Part shown: positions 37,973 through 53,313 of the stretch, piece after piece
Numbering within the stretch: position 1 is the stretch's first letter
Layout: the number at the start of each line of letters is the position of its first letter
NCBI RefSeq assembly: GCF_964204865.1
Contig: NC_135263.1
Location: forward strand, 14,322,001-14,386,000
DNA from: Styela clava
Lineage: Eukaryota
Reading direction: 5' to 3'
Length of the DNA: 64,000 nucleotides
Program-made: the position numbers and the translations under genes
Notes under the pieces: generated by a model
The model's input: the letters and a program-made list of their open reading frames with translations, nothing else
Told to the model about the DNA's origin: nothing
Database searches by the model: none

Positions 37973-40900
37973 TTTGTTAGGAAGTAATTCTGCAAAAATA
38001 TACCAGATTTTATTTTACTCTTATGATTAACCAACTTTGAGATGGGAATAGTAGTTGAAACTGTACAATATTCATTTGTATCATGACTAGAGCAAGCACT
38101 TGAATATTTCAGTAGCTCTGAACATACTTGTTCGAAATACAATAATCGAATCTATGTTGCAACAAGAAATTGTTTGTAGCTTTTATAGTTTCAGATTGAC
38201 ATTTGTGTTTATTGCCTTGAGCAACGATTGCCCTACATTACTATGTAAATTTGCATGCTTGTTACGTTTCTTAGCCACAAATCGTAATTTCATTTACTTT
38301 GGTAGCGTCACAGTGACGCATTTTCTGTAAACCTAAACAAAGTGCTCTTGAACACATACTATTAGTAGACTCAAAGAATCCGTAGACTTGAATATTGCTA
38401 TCGCCACGATAAATACGTCATATTGAGTTTAAAAATAGAACAAGATTAAATCGTTGGATTAAGCTTTTCATGTAAAAATCAGGCTGTAATGGATTAACAA
38501 AGATGAAATGAGTCATGAAATTTTGTAAAAGTTTCAAATAACGTCAAGGAGACTTTATTTGCTAGTATTTTTCTGTCTTTAATCAAATGTAATAAAATAA
38601 ATTGTCATTAGTTAATGACATCATGCGATATAGCACGACATGGAATATCATTTAAATTAGGATTAGACGTTTGACGGTCGGGATCAAACAAAACCTAAAA
38701 ATTCATTTAATTGAGCACTAGTTTCTCTGCACAATAAATCATATGAATATAAACCGCTTTATAGTTATATTAAAGTTACATTGTTTATTATTCAAAAAAA
38801 ATCGATTATGGATTAGTAGATGGATTATCCTGGTTCTATGTCGTAATTTTTTTAAATTGATCCACAGTTTTTGTTTTAAAGTTGCAGTTTAACAATTATA
38901 TAAAATTTAAAGATCTATTCTAACCGAGATATTAAAAATATATAAAAGTTTAAATTTTTTATATTCAGCATTTCAACCGAGTATATTTAATAAAATAATT
39001 ATTGCAGAATTTGTTAGATTCTTGTAAATCAAATTCCAAAAAAATGGTTTCCCATAAACAAAATGTTTATCAGACTCAAAAGTGAATGTAATTAAAGCTT
39101 CGCAGCATTAATAAAATCTAAACTAATATTTTAGCAAAATATGAAACTTTCATTTGTGAGTTTCATTGTGAGAATACACAATATATTTCTTCATACAATT
39201 AAAATATAAAACAACAATTTAAAGAAAAAATACAGAAAACGGAAAGGTGGAAATAGGCTGAATTCACTACTGTCATGAATATTAAAGTTAAACACGTATA
39301 TGCATAAGCCCAACACATTCTCTGCGAAAGCTTGATAAAAATTACGCATTTTTATGACAAAGTGATCAGTATAACTACATCGTAAGTTACTTCTATTTTA
39401 AACAATTTATACCGCGGTTATTAAGCGATTAAACGTTATGTTTCAATATATCCATAGTTTAAATAGAAAATGAAAAAGTAATTGATTTAAAATATAATTC
39501 ATCATTTGTATGATTATAATATTTATTACGTCAAGAAGTCTTACTTTTCGTGTTCGAATTTTGTTTGCAATTTGCTTCAAAAATGCGTCGGTCAAAAATC
39601 AATTTGTGGGCAATAAATCTGCTTACGATAAATGCGACAAATGTCATTCTATCACCTTGGATTAAATAAAGTATTTATACGTGTGAACTTCACATATATA
39701 ATTATTGAACATGTGTAAATGTAATCGAATATGTGAATTTATATTTATCCTGAGCCATAAGTTCAACAGAGTACATTTCTGCCTATTTCCGAAATTCATT
39801 TTTCTTTTTCTTTTTCCCTAACATTATTCTTTTATATTTTAATTGTATAAATATATTGTGTATTATTGGAAAGTCACAAATAAAAGTACCATGTTTTGCT
39901 ATGATATTAGTTTTAAATTTTAGTGATGCTGTAAAGCTTTAATGACATTTACTTTCAGGTGTGATACACATTTATTTATGGAGAATCATAGTTAAAGCGG
40001 TATATCTTTATAAGAATATTCTTACAAAGACTAGTGCCGAATTAGTTTCATCCCGACCGTCAAACCTGTAAACCTCTTTAAAATTATTATACCTCATTGC
40101 ACTAAAATGCATGATGTCAATAACTTACTAATGATAAAAAAATATGCTAATCACAATTGAATTGAGAAAGTAAAACGCATTTAAGTAAAGTCTTCCCGGC
40201 GTTATTTGGGTATTTTACAAAAATCCCAATCTCATTCTATCTCTATGTTTCGTTAAACATAAATGTTAATCCATAACACCCCAGACATTACCATCCACTA
40301 TAGCTTAATTTTTACCTAAAAAGATTAATCCAATTCAAGACAATGTAGTTATGGGGAACGTCTGTACCCAAATATGAAATAACCATTCTAAATAGTGTGA
40401 TCAAGTCAAAATATTTCTGACTAATCGAACTTGCAAAAATAATCTTTCCACTTATCTACAGAGAGACTCCAAAATAGAGAACTTATAAATTTTATGATTA
40501 CTTGTTAATTTTCTTATCAACCGACCTTCTGTTTTAGTAAGATTGTACCCAAAAGTTTCACGTTGTGCATGAAAGTTATGTTCTCTTTGGAACATGTTCC
40601 AAATGGCCATTTTGGCGTTGAAGACACACTTGCATACGTTGCAGCCTTGAGTTTACCAGTCGAATAATGATTGCCTTGACCAACTATTGTTTTACAATTC
40701 AAATTATGTTTGCATTTCACCAATAGTTTTAAACACAATTTGTAATTGTATTAACATCAGTTGCGTCATAATGACGTATTTTCAGTAATCACAAACACAC
40801 CACATACAAATAAATATCATTAATTAATGCTCCTAAAGAAACACCACACTCGGTGGCGTCATGGTGACGTATTTTCAATAATCCCAAACAAATCACACTC

Positions 40901-42930
40901 AAATAAATATCATTAAATAATGCTCTCAAATAATCGACAGACTTGTCTATTGCTATTGTCGGGATTAAACGTCATAGCGAGTTTAAAAATAGATCTGAAT
41001 AAATCCGATAGACTAAGTTTTTTACGTTGGAAATACGCGACAACACAGATAAAATGTGACATGAAAATACATTGCAAAACTTTTGGATTTAGTCCATCAT
41101 TTTATCCTTCTTTGACAATGAATGATTGTTAGATTAACTTTAAAAAAATATTGTTGAGGTGATAATGATATGTTTAATATGTATTGCCTATTAAGGGACC
41201 TATATTTTTTCTTGTATAAAAGAATTATTTTTATAAAGTTTATTTCAATTAGGTAGCAAATCAGAAATTAAGCTTTTTTGTGATAAAAAAAAATTCTGAC
41301 AAATTTATTCATATACCTAAATTTAATTATTACACAATAGCGCATGAGATCCTTTTTTTTTATAAACATATTATAACAGAAATCTACTGTGTAGAACGTA
41401 TGGCTCAGGATAAATATAAATTCTCATATTCGATTACATTTACACACGTGCAATAAATATATAGGTGTATAAGTTCACACGTATAAATACAGTTTTAATC
41501 CAGGACGATAGAATGACATTTGTCGTATTTATTGTTAAACAGATTTATTGCCCACAGATTGATGACGCATTTTTGAAGCAAATTGCAAATAAAGTTCGAA
41601 CACGAAAATTACGAATTTTTGACGTCATAAATATTATAATTATACAAATATTGCATTATATTTTATTAAATTATCCTTTTTTTCAGTTTTTATTAAAACT
41701 ATTTATTTACTGAAAGTTATAACTGCGTCATAAATTGTTTAAAAATAGAAGTTACTCCTAATGTACTTATCACATTGTCATAAACATTCGTGGTTTTTAC
41801 TAATGTGCAGGACTAATGCATCAACATGCATCAGATGTTGATGTTCAATTTTGGTTTAATATTTATGATATTGGTGATTTCAGCCTATTTCCACTTTTCC
41901 TGTATTTTTTCCTAAGGTTGCTTTTTTGTATTTTAGGTGTATAGATATTTGGGATTTCTGGAAACTCAGAATAATCTTAGTTTTAGATTTTGATGATGTG
42001 GTAAAGCTTTAATGACATTCTAATATCTCGATGTAAATTCTTCATAAATTCATACATTTTAAAACTGCAACTCTAAAATATAAAATTGTGGATGAACAAG
42101 AGTATCTTTTAATGGATACAGGTATATCAATTCCTAATATTCTGAATTAATTTATTTTAAATAATAAACAATGTAACTTTGGGTATAACTATAAATTTGT
42201 ATATGATAATAAAATTCGTTATAATGCATTTAAAAGGCATGATGTCATTAACTTACTAATGATAAACACTATGTTAATCACGATTGAATAAAGACAGAAA
42301 AATACTACCTAATAAAGTCTTCTTGACGTTATTAGGGAATTTTACTAAAATTCATGTCACATTTTATGTTTTTACATCTTTGTTAATCCATTGCAACCTG
42401 ATTTTCACGTGAGAAGCTCAATCTAACTTTTTAATCTTGTTTTATTTTTAAACTCACTATGACGTATTAATCGTGACAATAGCAATAATTAAATCTACGG
42501 ATTCTTTGAGTCTACTAGTAGTATTTATTCAAGAGGTCTTCGTTTGGGTTTACAGAAAATGCGTCACTATGACGATACCAAGGTAAATGAAATTACGATT
42601 AGTGGCTAAGAAACGTTACAAGAGTGCAAATTTACAAAGTAATATGGGGCAATTGTTGCCCGAGGCCAGAAACACAAATGTCAATCTGAAACTTTGCATC
42701 TATAAAAGCTACAAACATTTTCTTGTTACAACATAATTCGATTATTGTATTTCGAAAAAATATGTTCAGAGCGACTGAAATATCTAAGTGCTTGTACTAG
42801 CCGTAAATGATAAATTGCACAAATGGGTATTTATACAGTATTATTCCAATGCTATTTCAACCTTAAATTTGGTTAATCACAGCATCAAAATAAAATCTAG
42901 TTTATTTTTACAGAATTACTTTCTAACAAA

Positions 42931-44163
42931 ATGAAATTATTATTCTTTGTCGTGGTCGTCGGGATTTGCGATATTGCAGCATCATTGACCCCTTTTCAGC
43001 TCAGATATAAAATCAGCAAAACACAATGTGCTCCAGGTAGGTTCAAGATTTTATTGTCTCATATCTGATATATGTTTTAGACTATATAAAGATTCCAGCA
43101 CATATCCTATTCTTTAATTCCCTAAAAAAAAAAATGCGTTCAAAATTACAAATAGCATTTTTATTTAATTTCATTTAATATTATCTTACAATATCACAAT
43201 GTTTTTTGCTTTGCTTTAACGAATAATCAAGAGAATTCTCGGAAATAGTTATTGTTATTTATAACATATGGTATTTCTGTATACAGTTAGAGGATTTGAA
43301 AGAAAAACGATTCCTTGCTATGATTTCCGTAACAAGAAACTCGTCGATCCAAAAGATTGTGGAAACAAAGCGTACTCTCACTGTTGTATTTATAAATGTT
43401 CTTGCATAGTTAAAGGAGGTTTGTTTTATTTTTTTTGTGTTTATTAATTTTCGCTTTTTAAACAATTAAATAGTTTGCCTGGTTTTATTGTAGCCAAAAC
43501 ACAAGAAAATTCCTCAGTTGGTTTATCAGGACATTTTTGAAATTTTATAGGCACAACACTTGTGATACGTTTGAGTGCGATAATACTCTTTGTAACTTTT
43601 ACTTATTCACTTTTATTTTTTTTTAGCCGGAACCTCACTAGGTATCATTCCAGAAGAATATAAATTATCAAAAATAGTTTCATCAAAAAAGAATGCTCAG
43701 AAACAAGCAAGACTGCTAGAAAATTGTTTACCAGACGCTTCAACAAGCGAGTCATATCTGAAAAAGATAACCAGCAAGAATCCAACAGAAAATATTGTCA
43801 TCAAAAAATTAAAGTCATCAGTAGAACAGAAAAAGCATGAGAAAATGCAAAATAAAAAGACTGTCGGTAAAAAGCCGAAAACGAAGTAATAAAAAAGAAT
43901 TAAACAAAAATCGTCAAAGACCAAGTGTTAATGAACCGCTTGTACCGAAGTCGTCTGCAAATAATAAGATTTCAAAGAAGACCGACAAAGGAAAATCAAC
44001 AAACCAGAAACCAACTTTTTCTCACGTGAAGCCAACGAAAAAACCATGTGTTACGAAAACAACAAAACCTTCATTTTCTTTTGGATTCTTTTCTCGACTT
44101 TCTTTTATGATGGATCAATTTGGTTTTAACTCCAACGTTGTGAAAAATGATTCCTGTTCTTGA
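42931..44163 (+). pseudogene. Array gene, plus paralogue, unit 2, truncated (stop at 43887-43889, 166 aa). Exons 42931-43036, 43287-43418, 43627-
   Basis: A 5-bp deletion changes acg aag tct gtt aat to acg aag taa t. The downstream sequence is otherwise intact to the homologous stop at 44163. Confidence 0.85.
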
Positions 44164-45978
44164 TTAGCATGCAGCAGAATTTAAATTTTTTTTATAATAT
44201 TAAATTATTACAACAACAATTACCCTTAAACTTATTTTCACGCTTCTCTGCATTTTTTTTGTCTTTTGGATAAAAATATAGTGCTTTTATACTGTAACCA
44301 CTTTCTATTGGATATGTCGGGGTTCATCATCAATCACTGCGGGCTAGATAAAAATCAATATTCAGAAGAGAATAGTTGACCGGTCTGAATGCATGAAATT
44401 CGATGGTCAAAAAATAAGCGGAAGTTATGTGAGCCATTCTGCGGCGACAATTTTTTTCACATAATTGTCTCTTGTGGAATTCGAATCTCAATAAGCAATA
44501 TTGATACGATTGCGAGTAAATGAATAGTCTGATGACTCTCCGGAAATCTTGAATATAGCTGAACAAATAGTGTTGCAGTTTCTGGTTTCGAAATAAAACC
44601 CACCGGTTCTTGCTATAATTTCAGAAGCAAGAAAATCGTTGATTTAAAAACAGAACAAAGAAAGCGTACTTTTGTAGTTGAAAACCCGCAGTTTGCATCT
44701 GCAAAGCCTTGTGTTAAAATCGGCAAAATGGACTCTCGTAGATCAGTTTGATTACCACTCTCAAGTAATTTGAAGGATAATTACTTATGGATTTTAATCG
44801 GTAAGTATGTTGATAGGTATTTGTCTGTCTTTAAGTCTGTCTGTCTGTTAGATGCACGCGATATCTCACGAAAACGAGATTGAATCTGCTCCAGATTTTG
44901 CATGTGCATTCGTCATATCTCGGACCAAGAGTCTATTGATTTTGGGCGAAATATGTCGTATAATTAGCGAGTTATTAATTAATTAGTGATGGGACACAAG
45001 GTCACTATGGAATAAGAGCGCTGTTTTGGGGATCCCCCAACTTTCGATCGATAAGTCTTCGGTCTCTGACCGATATTTTCGTTATAGTAGTTATTGCCTC
45101 TTGCGTTTATGCTTTTGAATAAGCATTAAACACGTGATTTTCACGTTCTTTTGGCGACAGTGATGGTTTCAAAAATCGGGAATCGTTGAGAATTGACTTC
45201 ACATTGTACAATATAATTCTGATCAAACCATTATTGAAACTACTTTCTATATCTTGATAACAAAATGTTTCCAAAACTGTGGTATTTAATTGGGACTGTT
45301 TCATATCTGAAATAAATTTTAGTTAATAAAAATTTGAACCTTTAGTTCATTGTTTAATTGTCTAATACTAACATTTAAATTAACAAATTTAGCGGGTAAA
45401 TTAGTAGTAATTCTAACAACAACTTTCTACGTTTACCACCTTATTCAATACGAAAAACACATTGAAAATCACAGAGTCTAAAATACCAAGATTAGTCTAA
45501 CTACCAACAATCTATGCATTTTTTCGGGTAGCCTACAAAACATTCCCACCTTGATTTCAAATATTCATTCAGACTCAGGCTAATAATTAAATTATTGAGT
45601 CTTATTTCCTGATTTAATATTTTAACCATACACCAGACAACGTAAAACAAAATAACCAATTTTGGAATGTTCTAAAGCTCTATTCTGAATTGTATAAACA
45701 CCATGACATCTACACAGTATTGCTATTTTGATTAAAATCTAAGACAAAATATCCAATAAAAAAAGCTGGAAATGATTAAAATCACAAAAAATAATTTCTA
45801 TTAATATTTATTATATTGATTGCCGCAAGTGTTTATTGTTCTATAATCACGCATATGGAGAGCATTGTTGATCAATTCAAAAAACACTATTTAAAATATC
45901 AAAATAACAATTATATTTAAAATAAAAAATAAATAAAACAACAAATAATTGCGTCGTTATAATTCTGTTTCGTGCAAA

Positions 45979-47123
45979 TCAGGCACAGGCCTCATTTTTC
46001 ACAACGTTGGAGTTAAACCCAAATTTATCCATCATAAAAGAAAGTCGAGAAAAGAATCCAAAAGAAAATGAAGGTTTTGTTGTTTTCGTAACACAAGGCT
46101 TCTCTGTTGGATTTACGTGAGGAGCTGTTGGTTTCTGGTTCGTTGATATTTCTTTGCTAGGTTTCTTTGAAAACTCATTCTTTGCAGACGACTTCGGTAC
46201 AAGCGGGTTATTAACAATTGGTCTTTGACGACTTTTGTTTGATTCTTTCTTGTCAAAAGACTTCGTAGTCGTTTTTTTAGAGACTGTCCTCTTATTTTGC
46301 ATTTTTTCATGCTTTTTCTGTTCTACTGATGACTTCAATTTTTTGATGACGTTATTTTTTGTTGGGTTCTTGCTAGTAATTTTTTTCGTGGATGACTCAC
46401 TTGGCGAAGTGTCTGGAAAACAATTTTCGAGCAGTCGTGCTTGTTTCTGAATTTTCTTTTTCGATGAAACTATTTTTGATAATTTGTATTCTTCTGGAAT
46501 GATACCTTGTGAGGTTCCGGCTAAAATATTTAAAAAATACAATATAAGTGAATAAATAAACATACGAAGCCTATTATTGCACTCAAACAATAAAAGCAGA
46601 CAAACTATTTCATTGTTTAACAAGCGAAAATTAATAAACACAAAGAAAAATAAAACAAACCTCCTTTAACTATGCAAGAACATTTATAGATACAACAGTG
46701 AGAGTACGCTTTGTTTCCACAATCTTTTGGATCGACGAGTTTCTTGTTACGGAAATCATAGCAAGGAATCGTTTTTCTTTCAAATCCTTTTACTGTATAC
46801 AGAAATACCAAATGTTATAAATAGCAATACCTATTACAAAAAAATCTTCTGATTATTTGTTGAAACAAAGCAAGAAAGACGAAGGTATTATAAGATAATA
46901 TTATATGAAATTGAATAAAAATGCTTTTTATAATTTATATACGAATAATACACGAATTTTTAATATTTTGAATTGATACGAGAATGAAATATGTGCTGGC
47001 ATCGTTATTGAACTTACCTGGAGCACATTGTGTTTTGCTGATTTTATATCTGAGCTGAAAAGGGGTGAGTGATGCAGCAATATTGCAAATCCCAATGACA
47101 ACGACAAAAAGTAATAATTTCAT
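45979..47123 (-). CDS. Array gene, minus paralogue, unit 3 (259 aa). Exons 47123-47018, 46792-46661, 46520-45979
   Basis: Protein apparently identical to the unit 2 minus copy. Confidence 0.9.
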
Positions 47124-50100
47124 TTTGTTAGGAAGTAATTCTGCAAAAATATACCAGATTTTATTTTACTCTTATGATTAACCAACTTTGAGATGGGAAT
47201 AGTAGTTGAAACTGTACAATATTCATTTGTATCATGACTAGAGCAAGCACTTGAATATTTCAGTAGCTCTGAACATACTTGTTCGAAATACAATAATCGA
47301 ATCTATGTTGCAACAAGAAATTGTTTGTAGCTTTTATAGTTTCAGATTGACATTTGTGTTTATTGCCTTGAGCAACGATTGCCCTACATTACTATGTAAA
47401 TTTGCATGCTTGTTACGTTTCTTAGCCACAAATCGTAATTTCATTTACTTTGGTAGCGTCACAGTGACGCATTTTCTGTAAACCTAAACAAAGTGCTCTT
47501 GAACACATACTATTAGTAGACTCAAAGAATCCGTAGACTTGAATATTGCTATCGCCACGATAAATACGTCATATTGAGTTTAAAAATAGAACAAGATTAA
47601 ATCGTTGGATTAAGCTTTTCATGTAAAAATCAGGCTGTAATGGATTAACAAAGATGAAATGAGTCATGAAATTTTGTAAAAGTTTCAAATAACGTCAAGG
47701 AGACTTTATTTGCTAGTATTTTTCTGTCTTTAATCAAATGTAATAAAATAAATTGTCATTAGTTAATGACATCATGCGATATAGCACGACATGGAATATC
47801 ATTTAAATTAGGATTAGACGTTTGACGGTCGGGATCAAACAAAACCTAAAAATTCATTTAATTGAGCACTAGTTTCTCTGCACAATAAATCATATGAATA
47901 TAAACCGCTTTATAGTTATATTAAAGTTACATTGTTTATTATTCAAAAAAAATCGATTATGGATTAGTAGATGGATTATCCTGGTTCTATGTCGTAATTT
48001 TTTTAAATTGATCCACAGTTTTTGTTTTAAAGTTGCAGTTTAACAATTATATAAAATTTAAAGATCTATTCTAACCGAGATATTAAAAATATATAGAAGT
48101 TTAAATTTTTTATATTCAGCATTTCAACCGAGTATATTTAATAAAATAATTATTGCAGAATTTGTTAGATTCTTGTAAATCAAATTCCAAAAAAATGGTT
48201 TCCCATAAACAAAATGTTTATCAGACTCAAAAGTGAATGTAATTAAAGCTTCGCAGCATTAATAAAATCTAAACTAATATTTTAGCAAAATATGAAACTT
48301 TCATTTGTGAGTTTCATTGTGAGAATACACAATATATTTATTCATACAATTAAAATATAAAACAACAATTTAAAGAAAAAATACAGAAAACGGAAAGGTG
48401 GAAATAGGCTGAATTCACTACTGTCATGAATATTAAAGTTAAACACGTATATGCATAAGCCCAACACATTCTCTGCGAAAGCTTGATAAAAATTACGCAT
48501 TTTTATGACAAAGTGATCAGTATAACTACATCGTAAGTTACTTCTATTTTAAACAATTTATACCGCGGTTATTAAGCGATTAAACGTTATGTTTCAATAT
48601 ATCCATAGTTTAAATAGAAAATGAAAAAGTAATTGATTTAAAATATAATTCATCATTTGTATGATTATAATATTTATTACGTCAAGAAGTCTTACTTTTC
48701 GTGTTCGAATTTTGTTTGCAATTTGCTTCAAAAATGCGTCGGTCAAAAATCAATTTGTGGGCAATAAATCTGCTTACGATAAATGCGACAAATGTCATTC
48801 TATCACCTTGGATTAAATAAAGTATTTATACGTGTGAACTTCACATATATAATTATTGAACATGTGTAAATGTAATCGAATATGTGAATTTATATTTATC
48901 CTGAGCCATAAGTTCAACAGAGTACATTTCTGCCTATTTCCGAAATTCATTTTTCTTTTTCTTTTTCCCTAACATTATTCTTTTATATTTTAATTGTATA
49001 AATATATTGTGTATTATTGGAAAGTCACAAATAAAAGTACCATGTTTTGCTATGATATTAGTTTTAAATTTTAGTGATGCTGTAAAGCTTTAATGACATT
49101 TACTTTCAGGTGTGATACACATTTATTTATGGAGAATCATAGTTAAAGCGGTATATCTTTATAAGAATATTCTTACAAAGACTAGTGCCGAATTAGTTTC
49201 ATCCCGACCGTCAAACCTGTAAACCTCTTTAAAATTATTATACCTCATTGCACTAAAATGCATGATGTCAATAACTTACTAATGATAAAAAAATATGCTA
49301 ATCACAATTGAATTGAGAAAGTAAAACGCATTTAAGTAAAGTCTTCCCGGCGTTATTTGGGTATTTTACAAAAATCCCAATCTCATTCTATCTCTATGTT
49401 TCGTTAAACATAAATGTTAATCCATAACACCCCAGACATTACCATCCACTATAGCTTAATTTTTACCTAAAAAGATTAATCCAATTCAAGACAATGTAGT
49501 TATGGGGAACGTCTGTACCCAAATATGAAATAACCATTCTAAATAGTGTGATCAAGTCAAAATATTTCTGACTAATCGAACTTGCAAAAATAATCTTTCC
49601 ACTTATCTACAGAGAGACTCCAAAATAGAGAACTTATAAATTTTATGATTACTTGTTAATTTTCTTATCAACCGACCTTCTGTTTTAGTAAGATTGTACC
49701 CAAAAGTTTCACGTTGTGCATGAAAGTTATGTTCTCTTTGGAACATGTTCCAAATGGCCATTTTGGCGTTGAAGACACACTTGCATACGTTGCAGCCTTG
49801 AGTTTACCAGTCGAATAATGATTGCCTTGACCAACTATTGTTTTACAATTCAAATTATGTTTGCATTTCACCAATAGTTTTAAACACAATTTGTAATTGT
49901 ATTAACATCAGTTGCGTCATAATGACGTATTTTCAGTAATCACAAACACACCACATACAAATAAATATCATTAATTAATGCTCCTAAAGAAACACCACAC
50001 TCGGTGGCGTCATGGTGACGTATTTTCAATAATCCCAAACAAATCACACTCAAATAAATATCATTAAATAATGCTCTCAAATAATCGACAGACTTGTCTA

Positions 50101-52081
50101 TTGCTATTGTCGGGATTAAACGTCATAGCGAGTTTAAAAATAGATCTGAATAAATCCGATAGACTAAGTTTTTTACGTTGGAAATACGCGACAACACAGA
50201 TAAAATGTGACATGAAAATACATTGCAAAACTTTTGGATTTAGTCCATCATTTTATCCTTCTTTGACAATGAATGATTGTTAGATTAACTTTAAAAAAAT
50301 ATTGTTGAGGTGATAATGATATGTTTAATATGTATTGCCTATTAAGGGACCTATATTTTTTCTTGTATAAAAGAATTATTTTTATAAAGTTTATTTCAAT
50401 TAGGTAGCAAATCAGAAATTAAGCTTTTTTGTGATAAAAAAAAATTCTGACAAATTTATTCATATACCTAAATTTAATTATTACACAATAGCGCATGAGA
50501 TCCTTTTTTTTTATAAACATATTATAACAGAAATCTACTGTGTAGAACGTATGGCTCAGGATAAATATAAATTCTCATATTCGATTACATTTACACACGT
50601 GCAATAAATATATAGGTGTATAAGTTCACACGTATAAATACAGTTTTAATCCAGGACGATAGAATGACATTTGTCGTATTTATTGTTAAACAGATTTATT
50701 GCCCACAGATTGATGACGCATTTTTGAAGCAAATTGCAAATAAAGTTCGAACACGAAAATTACGAATTTTTGACGTCATAAATATTATAATTATACAAAT
50801 ATTGCATTATATTTTATTAAATTATCCTTTTTTTCAGTTTTTATTAAAACTATTTATTTACTGAAAGTTATAACTGCGTCATAAATTGTTTAAAAATAGA
50901 AGTTACTCCTAATGTACTTATCACATTGTCATAAACATTCGTGGTTTTTACTAATGTGCAGGACTAATGCATCAACATGCATCAGATGTTGATGTTCAAT
51001 TTTGGTTTAATATTTATGATATTGGTGATTTCAGCCTATTTCCACATTTCCTGTATTTTTTCCTAAGGTTGCTTTTTTGTATTTTAGTTGTATAGATATT
51101 TGGGATTTCTGGAAACTCAGAATAATCTTAGTTTTAGATTTTGATGATGTGGTAAAGCTTTAATGACATTCTAATATCTCGATGTAAATTCTTCATAAAT
51201 TCATACATTTTAAAACTGCAACTCTAAAATATAAAATTGTGGATGAACAAGAGTATCTTTTAATGGATACAGGTATATCAATTCCTAATATTCTGAATTA
51301 ATTTATTTTAAATAATAAACAATGTAACTTTGGGTATAACTATAAATTTGTATATGATAATAAAATTCGTTATAATGCATTTAAAAGGCATGATGTCATT
51401 AACTTACTAATGATAAACACTATGTTAATCACGATTGAATAAAGACAGAAAAATACTACCTAATAAAGTCTTCTTGACGTTATTAGGGAATTTTACTAAA
51501 ATTCATGTCACATTTTATGTTTTTACATCTTTGTTAATCCATTGCAACCTGATTTTCACGTGAGAAGCTCAATCTAACTTTTTAATCTTGTTTTATTTTT
51601 AAACTCACTATGACGTATTAATCGTGACAATAGCAATAATTAAATCTACGGATTCTTTGAGTCTACTAGTAGTATTTATTCAAGAGGTCTTCGTTTGGGT
51701 TTACAGAAAATGCGTCACTATGACGATACCAAGGTAAATGAAATTACGATTAGTGGCTAAGAAACGTTACAAGAGTGCAAATTTACAAAGTAATATGGGG
51801 CAATTGTTGCCCGAGGCCAGAAACACAAATGTCAATCTGAAACTTTGCATCTATAAAAGCTACAAACATTTTCTTGTTACAACATAATTCGATTATTGTA
51901 TTTCGAAAAAATATGTTCAGAGCGACTGAAATATCTAAGTGCTTGTACTAGCCGTAAATGATAAATTGCACAAATGGGTATTTATACAGTATTATTCCAA
52001 TGCTATTTCAACCTTAAATTTGGTTAATCACAGCATCAAAATAAAATCTAGTTTATTTTTACAGAATTACTTTCTAACAAA

Positions 52082-53313
52082 ATGAAATTATTATTCTTTG
52101 TCGTGGTCGTCGGGATTTGCGATATTGCAGCATCATTGACCCCTTTTCAGCTCAGATATAAAATCAGCAAAACACAATGTGCTCCAGGTAGGTTCAAGAT
52201 TTTATTGTCTCATATCTGATATATGTTTTAGACTATATAAAGATTCCAGCACATATCCTATTCTTTAATTCCCTAAAAAAAAAATGCGTTCAAAATTACA
52301 AATAGCATTTTTATTTAATTTCATTTAATATTATCTTACAATATCACAATGTTTTTTGCTTTGCTTTAACGAATAATCAAGAGAATTCTCGGAAATAGTT
52401 ATTGTTATTTATAACATATGGTATTTCTGTATACAGTTAGAGGATTTGAAAGAAAAACGATTCCTTGCTATGATTTCCGTAACAAGAAACTCGTCGATCC
52501 AAAAGATTGTGGAAACAAAGCGTACTCTCACTGTTGTATTTATAAATGTTCTTGCATAGTTAAAGGAGGTTTGTTTTATTTTTTTTGTGTTTATTAATTT
52601 TCGCTTTTTAAACAATTAAATAGTTTGCCTGGTTTTATTGTAGCCAAAACACAAGAAAATTCCTCAGTTGGTTTATCAGGACATTTTTGAAATTTTATAG
52701 GCACAACACTTGTGATACGTTTGAGTGCGATAATACTCTTTGTAACTTTTACTTATTCACTTTTATTTTTTTTTAGCCGGAACCTCACTAGGTATCATTC
52801 CAGAAGAATATAAATTATCAAAAATAGTTTCATCAAAAAAGAATGCTCAGAAACAAGCAAGACTGCTAGAAAATTGTTTACCAGACGCTTCAACAAGCGA
52901 GTCATATCTGAAAAAGATAACCAGCAAGAATCCAACAGAAAATATTGTCATCAAAAAATTAAAGTCATCAGTAGAACAGAAAAAGCATGAGAAAATGCAA
53001 AATAAAAAGACTGTCGGTAAAAAGCCGAAAACGAAGTAATAAAAAAGAATTAAACAAAAATCGTCAAAGACCAAGTGTTAATGAACCGCTTGTACCGAAG
53101 TCGTCTGCAAATAATAAGATTTCAAAGAAGACCAACAAAGGAAAATCAACAAACCAGAAACCAACTTTTTCTCACGTGAAGCCAACGAAAAAACCATGTG
53201 TTACGAAAACAACAAAACCTTCATTTTCTTTTGGATTCTTTTCTCGACTTTCTTTTATGATGGATCAATTTGGTTTTAACTCCAACGTTGTGAAAAATGA
53301 TTCCTGTTCTTGA
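52082..53313 (+). pseudogene. Array gene, plus paralogue, unit 3, truncated (stop at 53037-53039, 166 aa). Exons 52082-52187, 52437-52568, 52777-
   Basis: Same 5-bp deletion as unit 2 (aaaacgaagtaataaaaaag). Confidence 0.85.
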
